Shown here in pieces: positions 34,836-40,786 of a DNA stretch of 40,786 bases; the first letter of the stretch is position 1, and every line of letters starts with the position of its first letter. Position numbers and translations under genes: made by a program. The notes beneath the pieces are model-generated. The model was not told where the DNA came from and did not search any database. It was given only the letters and a program-made list of their open reading frames with translations. The stretch is from Candidatus Thorarchaeota archaeon. Lineage in GTDB: Archaea > Asgardarchaeota > Thorarchaeia > Thorarchaeales > Thorarchaeaceae. Where the stretch lies: positions 1 to 40,786 of the forward strand of contig JAEORO010000061.1 in NCBI GenBank assembly GCA_016840855.1, read 5' to 3'.

Positions 34836-37800
34836 ATGAGGCACAAATACGCGTTAAGCTTAGTTTTGATTGTGATATTCATATCTCCGGCATTAAGCAA
34901 TACTGATACAATGTTAGCCCGTAATAGTGGCGGTACGAGTTTTCCAAACATGAATAACAGCTTCATGCAGAGTGCTGATTATCAATCTGGTACTGGTCCC
35001 TCACTTCCGATTATTCTGTCAGGTATAGCTACTGACAGATACAGTGGAACTCTGCAAATTGATGCCTCAACATCAGATATTCACACAATCACATTGGATG
35101 ATGGATGGTCAGGTTCCAATCTGCAAACAAGGATAGACTCATTGTCTATGGAAATATCTGACGCTTTAATTAATCCATCATGGAATGCATATCATCCAGA
35201 GAAATGGTTAGTTGGTACAACGTCATATTATGGAGAAGATGTGTATGTTCCAGATGGATGGACACTTGTGAAGAATGAAATGCACGAGAGTGCACACCCT
35301 CACTCAGGAGATTGGGAAAATAATTTTGCAAGTACAGGAGGATATGAAAATTCTCCGCGATATCGCTATGAAGCAATAATCGATTCAACAAGTGCAGCAA
35401 GTGATGAGTTATACTTCAGTCAGCTAGTTAATGCACCTTGGAGAGAAATATACTCCGCAGAGATTAGTTTCATGTATTATGTTATTCCGGGATATAATAC
35501 AAGTAGCTTGATGAATTTGTTCTTCCGTTTTGCAGGTATTGAAAGAACGTACACTGTATTCGAAGTTGGAGATCCGACAGGAGTATGGCTACAGGCTACA
35601 GCAATACTAACAGCAGCCGATTTGGCATCAGTAAGTCTACCTGACGCATTATTATTTGATATTGGGATGGGAACGGATTTGACTGGAGCCAGTCCGCAAA
35701 TTCAGTTCAGAGCTTATATTGATGAAATCAAATTGACAATGAACGTTAGACCATTTCCAGAGCAAATCGATCTCAAAGTAAATGGTACTGCAGTAATTGG
35801 TGCAACTCAAGGAAGCATCTATCCATACCTACCTGATGATAGTAATAGAGATGCTGAAGATAATACAGCAAATGGAATAGACCTAGATGGTTGGCCTTGG
35901 GGATCTGGCTCACCAGGTATTTTGTATGTTGGAGCATGGGGCTCAGCATGGACTGATGCATCCCCGTATCAAAGCGGATTCCAGTTCCCACTCTCAATAC
36001 CACAAGGAGCAGCAATTACGTCTGCTTATTTCGAAGTGGAACCAATTTCGGAAACTGCGATTACTTCAACGAGAATCTATGCAGCTGGTCAGAACTCATC
36101 TGGTCTTCCAATAGAAAATTTCACAACAGGCTTACCAAACTTGGAAGATCGATATAATTGGGTGGATACGAGCGTTGCTTGGGAAGTGACTGATTGGTTA
36201 GGACCAGTACGTATCCGTCAAAGGTCTCCTGATATCGCTCCCCTAATTCAAGCCATTGTATCCGATAGTAATTGGGACAGTAGCCAATACGCATGTTTGA
36301 TGTTGGATTACATGTGGTCAAGTAATTACCAAGCTGAGTGGGGAATTAAAGGGTCATCCGGAACTAATAATTATCTTCAAGACGAACTCGCAAGACTGTT
36401 TGTTGAGTACATGATACCACTACCTGAAGACACAGTATATTTCATGCAGCATGAGAAGGATATTACTATCGACCATAATCAAGTGTCAGGGACACTTTCA
36501 AACTTCCCAGTTTTAATCGATATTACTGATACAGATTTGAAGACAGATGTTCAGCCAGATGGCGATGATATCATCTTCAAGTTGGGAGATGAATCTCTTG
36601 ATTTCGAGATTGAGTTATTTGATCAAGATTATAGTCCTACACATGCGCGCTTGGTCGCTTGGGTGAAGATACCGATTCTTTCTGCGACCCAGGACACCGT
36701 CATCACAATGGCGTATGGAAATCCAAATGCGGGTCCGTCCAGCTCAACAAAGGTATGGGATGAGTATGAAACTGTGCATCATTTGGCAGATGACCCATCA
36801 GGAATTGTCTATGATAGTACCTCGAATAATTACGATGGTACTTCGTTTGGTGGAATGACCTCTGATGACCTTGTATCAGGCGTTGCAGGACAAGGCATTA
36901 ACTTCGACTATGATTCAGTAACCATCCCTAACTCAGATATGATCAATATCGGACAAATCTATACTGATGATTGGACCTCCTTTACTGTCAGTCTGTGGAT
37001 GTATGTTGACCTAAACAGAGATAGTCGAGTTTTTTCAAAATCTCCCTCAACGACCTCAACTGCACATATAATAACAACAAGATTTGCCTCTCTGACACCT
37101 ACTGCACGTTTACGGACGGATTATGGTGGGATTACGACGAATGCGAATACATCATTCTCTCTAGGTAGTTGGCAGTACATTTCATGGAGTTGGTATGCCT
37201 CTACCTCCACCTCCGACCTTAATGTTGTAGGCTATATGAATGCGTTACCAGTTATACAAGTTTCTCGGACAGGTACTAATCTCTATGATAGTAATGACGT
37301 CTTTGTGATAGCAAACAATAACATGGCAACTGATGCTTCGAATGAGAGATTCTTCGACGGAATGCTTGATGAGATTCGATTAACTCGGAGTATTCGGAGC
37401 TTTGCTTGGATTGAAACAGAATACAATAACCAAGCAAATCCAGCATCATTTGTGAGCGTGGGAACTGAAAGGTCAATACAGAGTACTTGGACAGATACTG
37501 AATCGACGACTGTTAGGTTCAGCACCACATCACCAATCCCTGTTTCGATATTCCCGATTGTAACTATGGATATTGTTGGTGGAGGACAAAGCCTCGATGA
37601 GAACATGGAGGAAGGAACCTCATTTTATGTAGCAAATGACACAGTTGTTGAATGGACTGCGAATGTTTTAGTTTCACCACCTGTGGATGCAGAATCGCTC
37701 AACGTCAGAATTGACTATCCGCTGACTGAGTGGAAACCGATTACAGTTACGAATCCAATTGGTCAAGTAAAAACATATGGAACTGATTGGACATTCCACG

Positions 37801-40786
37801 ATGGCAGGGTTGTAATCTATTCTGACGCTGTAGATATTTGGGGAGTCTGGACTATTGAGTTCAATAGTTGGAACTATGTCTATGATTTGAAACTTGGACC
37901 AAGTGGTCAATCAAACTATGAAACATACACATTCAATGTCAATGATAATGCTGAGTTTAAGGTTTCATCACCTTGGATAGAAAATGCGCGTACTGGCCTT
38001 GTGTTGACAGCTCCGGATGACAGCATCTGGTACACCAATTATGTAACAACCGGAACTCCTGGAACATCGTGGGACATTCCATCATTTGCTTATCGCATGC
38101 AACTCACAGTACCTGCTGCGCAGGTTGATTATACTGTCACATACTTCCCATTGTTGGTTAGTTTTGCAGATACTGATTTTCAAACAAAGGTACAAGCAGA
38201 TGGTGATGACTTTGTCTTTGTTCAAAATGACAAAGTTTTGGCGCATGAAATTGATCGATTCGATCAGAGCACAGGTAGACTTGTGGCTTGGGTTCGAGCA
38301 AATCTCTCAAGTACTTTCGATAACACGTTCTGGTTATATTATGGAAATCCAGTTATCGGGTCCACCGAATCTCCCGAAACCCTCTGGTCCGATGGGTATG
38401 AGGCGGTCTGGCTGCTAAATGAGTATGTGACAGATGAAGGTTCAGGTGGACTTCACTTTGACTCAACATCTAACGGATACGTCGGCAACCAGTTTGGCAA
38501 CTCCCGAACAACTGGCATTGTAAATGGATATGGTCAGAATTTTGATGGGAATGATTGGATAGCAATCAATTCTACTCAAAATCTTAAGCCTGTAGGCGAC
38601 GTTACAATTTCTGGCTGGTTCTATATTTCGAGCACTTGGAGTTCTACATCATCACCCTCCAGACTACTCGTAGCTAAATATCTTGATGGGAACAACAATT
38701 TCCACATAGCGTTAGCAGGATCAGATTATACCGAGTCAGGAGTACCTGCAGGCTGTCTCGTATTTGGTTTTGAAATTAATAATCAGGAATGGGCAAAATG
38801 GACAACTCGAGTAAGCTGGACTGCTGGTTGGTACCACTTTGCTTGCGTGATGGATGCGGATACACCCTCGAATAATAAGATCTATATCAACGGTGCAGAC
38901 AATACCGATGCAGGATCCATAGGAGGAGCAACATCATTAAGTTTAGCTTTTGATGCAGATTGGGGTATTGGTGGGAGGTATGTTGAAACATCCGAATTTC
39001 CAACTGGAGAGGCGTTCCATACTGGCATAATTGATGAATTGAGGATTGCTACGACTCAAAGACCTGTAGGATGGTACGCTGTTGAGTATGATAATGTAGT
39101 AAACATTGGCGCTTTTATTAGTAGAGGAAACGAGGAGTCAAGAACTTCACCTCAACATACCTTGTCAAAGATTATTGATTCTTCAGCTCCAGCTGGTCTT
39201 TGGACAGCTTCAGTATACTACAACGATACCGGATCAACAGTTTCCTACAAGACAGGACTCTATGAGAGAAACTTCATAGTTAAGCATGACACTTCACTCA
39301 CAATTATCAATCCAGCAGATGCAGTGAGTGACAAGACAGCCTATAGAGTGGCTGGAGAAATCTTGTACATTGAGATGGAATTGACTGACGATGTAAATAC
39401 AAACAAGATAGCAGGCGCTGTTGTCAAGATGAATTGGTCAGTATCAGGTACACCAACTGAACTGACTCTCAACGATATAGGTAATGGCAGGTATGGAAAG
39501 TCTGTCAACACTTCTGATTTAGGTGTTGCGGGAAAGTATAGAATCAACATCAACTCATATCATCAATACTACAACAACGCAACAGATTACTTCGACTTGG
39601 AATTATATCATACGACAGAACTTGATTTCACTGATGTAGATACCACACCAGTAGGTTTTGACTTTACAGCGACATTAATCTTCGAAGATAGCTACAATGG
39701 AGTACCAATTACAGATGCAACCATTGCATTTGAGAATGGTACCCTTGTTAATGTCGTTGAAGAAGGAGCAGGACGATATAACATCTCATTGAGTACTGGA
39801 GGATTAAGCTACGGGGACCATGTATATGTCTTCAAAGCCACAAAAGCAGGGTCGTATCTAGAAGAGAGTACTGTCACGATAACGTTCACACTTCGAAAAC
39901 ACTTTACATCAGTTTCAGTCGTCGGCGACCTAGTTACACCATATGGTGACCCAACTCCTGTGACTGTCATAATAGTTGACACGGACACAGGACTGGCATT
40001 AGCAACGACAAGCAATGTTAATTCATGGAGCTTCACTTCAAGCTACTCCCCAATAAGTGAAACAAATCCAATTGATTTTGCTGTATCACTTACAACTGGT
40101 GGATGGAATGTTGGGACAGAAACTGTGACACTAGCGGTTTCAATGAGTGGTATTTACTACAATCCACAAAATTACCAGTTTGACATTCAGATCAGGAAAC
40201 ACTACACATCTGCCACTGTAATTGGAGATTTGATCAGTCCCTACGGAACTACTACAACTCTAACAATAGTGATTGTTGACACAGATACAGGCACCACGCT
40301 CAGTGCGTCTGAAGTGTCGAGTTTCCTGCTTGACCCGGCGAGCTACTCGAACCATCCAGAGTCGAGCCCAATAGACCTCATCGTTGACCTTGATACCAGC
40401 GCATGGGCTGTAGGGACTGATACAGTCACCCTCTCAGTAGTGATGAGCGGGAACTATAACAATCCTGCCAACTACCAGTTTGACATTCAAATTCGGAATC
40501 ACTACACATCTGTCACTGTGATTGGTGACTTAATCACACCTTATGGTCAGTCCACATCTCTTACTCTTGTCATTATTGACTTGGACACAGGATTACCCCT
40601 AACTTCCTCATCTGTTTCAAGTTTCACTTTTACACCAAATTCCTATGGCTCGCAGAGCGATCCAAGTCCAAGTGATCTTGATTTCATACTTGATACTAGT
40701 TTATGGAGCGTTGCCACAGAAACTGTCACCCTCTCAGTGGTGATGAGTGGAAACTACAACAATCCAGCCAACTACCAGTTTGACAT
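34836..40786 (+). CDS. Giant surface protein paralog (partial, >1980 aa, runs off the window): signal peptide, 2x DUF2341+LamG, Ig-like repeats
   Basis: Not in the ORF track (no stop). Hand translation gives MRHKYALSLVLIVIFISPALS...GTGPSLPIILSG...LDDGWSGSNLQTRIDSL, collinear with the 4128-aa protein (GVGPALPVKLSG...LTDGWTGSNLEAQIDSL). The same frame reads HEKDITIDH...FPVLID internally and VMSGNYNNPANYQFD at the window end. Confidence 0.9.
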   Translation, partial: MRHKYALSLVLIVIFISPALSNTDTMLARNSGGTSFPNMNNSFMQSADYQSGTGPSLPIILSGIATDRYSGTLQIDASTSDIHTITLDDGWSGSNLQTRIDSLSMEISDALINPSWNAYHPEKWLVGTTSYYGEDVYVPDGWTLVKNEMHESAHPHSGDWENNFASTGGYENSPRYRYEAIIDSTSAASDELYFSQLVNAPWREIYSAEISFMYYVIPGYNTSSLMNLFFRFAGIERTYTVFEVGDPTGVWLQATAILTAADLASVSLPDALLFDIGMGTDLTGASPQIQFRAYIDEIKLTMNVRPFPEQIDLKVNGTAVIGATQGSIYPYLPDDSNRDAEDNTANGIDLDGWPWGSGSPGILYVGAWGSAWTDASPYQSGFQFPLSIPQGAAITSAYFEVEPISETAITSTRIYAAGQNSSGLPIENFTTGLPNLEDRYNWVDTSVAWEVTDWLGPVRIRQRSPDIAPLIQAIVSDSNWDSSQYACLMLDYMWSSNYQAEWGIKGSSGTNNYLQDELARLFVEYMIPLPEDTVYFMQHEKDITIDHNQVSGTLSNFPVLIDITDTDLKTDVQPDGDDIIFKLGDESLDFEIELFDQDYSPTHARLVAWVKIPILSATQDTVITMAYGNPNAGPSSSTKVWDEYETVHHLADDPSGIVYDSTSNNYDGTSFGGMTSDDLVSGVAGQGINFDYDSVTIPNSDMINIGQIYTDDWTSFTVSLWMYVDLNRDSRVFSKSPSTTSTAHIITTRFASLTPTARLRTDYGGITTNANTSFSLGSWQYISWSWYASTSTSDLNVVGYMNALPVIQVSRTGTNLYDSNDVFVIANNNMATDASNERFFDGMLDEIRLTRSIRSFAWIETEYNNQANPASFVSVGTERSIQSTWTDTESTTVRFSTTSPIPVSIFPIVTMDIVGGGQSLDENMEEGTSFYVANDTVVEWTANVLVSPPVDAESLNVRIDYPLTEWKPITVTNPIGQVKTYGTDWTFHDGRVVIYSDAVDIWGVWTIEFNSWNYVYDLKLGPSGQSNYETYTFNVNDNAEFKVSSPWIENARTGLVLTAPDDSIWYTNYVTTGTPGTSWDIPSFAYRMQLTVPAAQVDYTVTYFPLLVSFADTDFQTKVQADGDDFVFVQNDKVLAHEIDRFDQSTGRLVAWVRANLSSTFDNTFWLYYGNPVIGSTESPETLWSDGYEAVWLLNEYVTDEGSGGLHFDSTSNGYVGNQFGNSRTTGIVNGYGQNFDGNDWIAINSTQNLKPVGDVTISGWFYISSTWSSTSSPSRLLVAKYLDGNNNFHIALAGSDYTESGVPAGCLVFGFEINNQEWAKWTTRVSWTAGWYHFACVMDADTPSNNKIYINGADNTDAGSIGGATSLSLAFDADWGIGGRYVETSEFPTGEAFHTGIIDELRIATTQRPVGWYAVEYDNVVNIGAFISRGNEESRTSPQHTLSKIIDSSAPAGLWTASVYYNDTGSTVSYKTGLYERNFIVKHDTSLTIINPADAVSDKTAYRVAGEILYIEMELTDDVNTNKIAGAVVKMNWSVSGTPTELTLNDIGNGRYGKSVNTSDLGVAGKYRININSYHQYYNNATDYFDLELYHTTELDFTDVDTTPVGFDFTATLIFEDSYNGVPITDATIAFENGTLVNVVEEGAGRYNISLSTGGLSYGDHVYVFKATKAGSYLEESTVTITFTLRKHFTSVSVVGDLVTPYGDPTPVTVIIVDTDTGLALATTSNVNSWSFTSSYSPISETNPIDFAVSLTTGGWNVGTETVTLAVSMSGIYYNPQNYQFDIQIRKHYTSATVIGDLISPYGTTTTLTIVIVDTDTGTTLSASEVSSFLLDPASYSNHPESSPIDLIVDLDTSAWAVGTDTVTLSVVMSGNYNNPANYQFDIQIRNHYTSVTVIGDLITPYGQSTSLTLVIIDLDTGLPLTSSSVSSFTFTPNSYGSQSDPSPSDLDFILDTSLWSVATETVTLSVVMSGNYNNPANYQFD
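39891..40786 (+). repeat. Intragenic tandem repeat, exact 300-bp (100-aa) period, at least 3 units
   Basis: Units start at 39891, 40191 and 40491 (RKHFTSV.V.GDL.TPYG / RKHYTSATVIGDLISPYG / RNHYTSVTVIGDLITPYG) and end in NYQFD(IQ); DNA TACCAGTTTGACAT recurs at 40173, 40473, 40773. Confidence 0.9.

Noticed and set aside
634-40036. Many short ORFs in the track lying antisense or out of frame within long genes (e.g. 7662-8213, 13960-14376, 24663-25031, 29396-29797, 37283-37606, 38086-38418)
   Set aside because: They fully overlap well-supported genes and have no motifs or SD sites; shadow ORFs
39891-40786. CRISPR array or DGR template/variable repeat
   Set aside because: Repeats are in-frame 300-bp coding units without spacers; differences are not adenine-specific and no reverse transcriptase is present

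Overview
Gene-dense archaeal chromosomal window. SD motifs GGAGG/GGTGA, TTG/GTG starts, TATA-like boxes, and RFC, Cdc6/Orc1, RadA-like and RIO genes support an archaeon; the gene content suggests an Asgard (Thorarchaeia-like) lineage, which is inference only. The left half holds two tandem RIO kinases behind a putative uORF/hairpin leader, a eukaryote/bacterial-type XPB helicase with its N-terminal domain, an APH-like kinase, a DUF2240 protein, an RFC small subunit with a ~50-aa insertion, a 'helicase-associated' protein resembling TFIIH p52/Tfb2 and a MetE-core-like protein. It continues with a five-gene membrane operon containing three tandem paralogous 4-TM proteins, two BCP peroxiredoxins, malic enzyme, a Fe-S/FAD oxidoreductase pair, a catalytically degenerate Cdc6/Orc1, a GcvH-like lipoyl carrier, a Zn-ribbon protein and a degenerate RadA paralog with a PIP-like tail. 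The right half holds two divergently transcribed, paralogous giant surface proteins (DUF2341+LamG modules and Ig-like repeats). One is ~4100 aa with a TM and cytoplasmic tail; the other is absent from the ORF track because it runs off the window end within exact 300-bp tandem repeats. No rRNA, tRNA, CRISPR array or transposase was seen. Top candidates: a TFIIH-like XPB/p52 pair, the 4-TM paralog trio, pseudo-ATPase Cdc6 and RadA, and the giant receptor-like adhesins.
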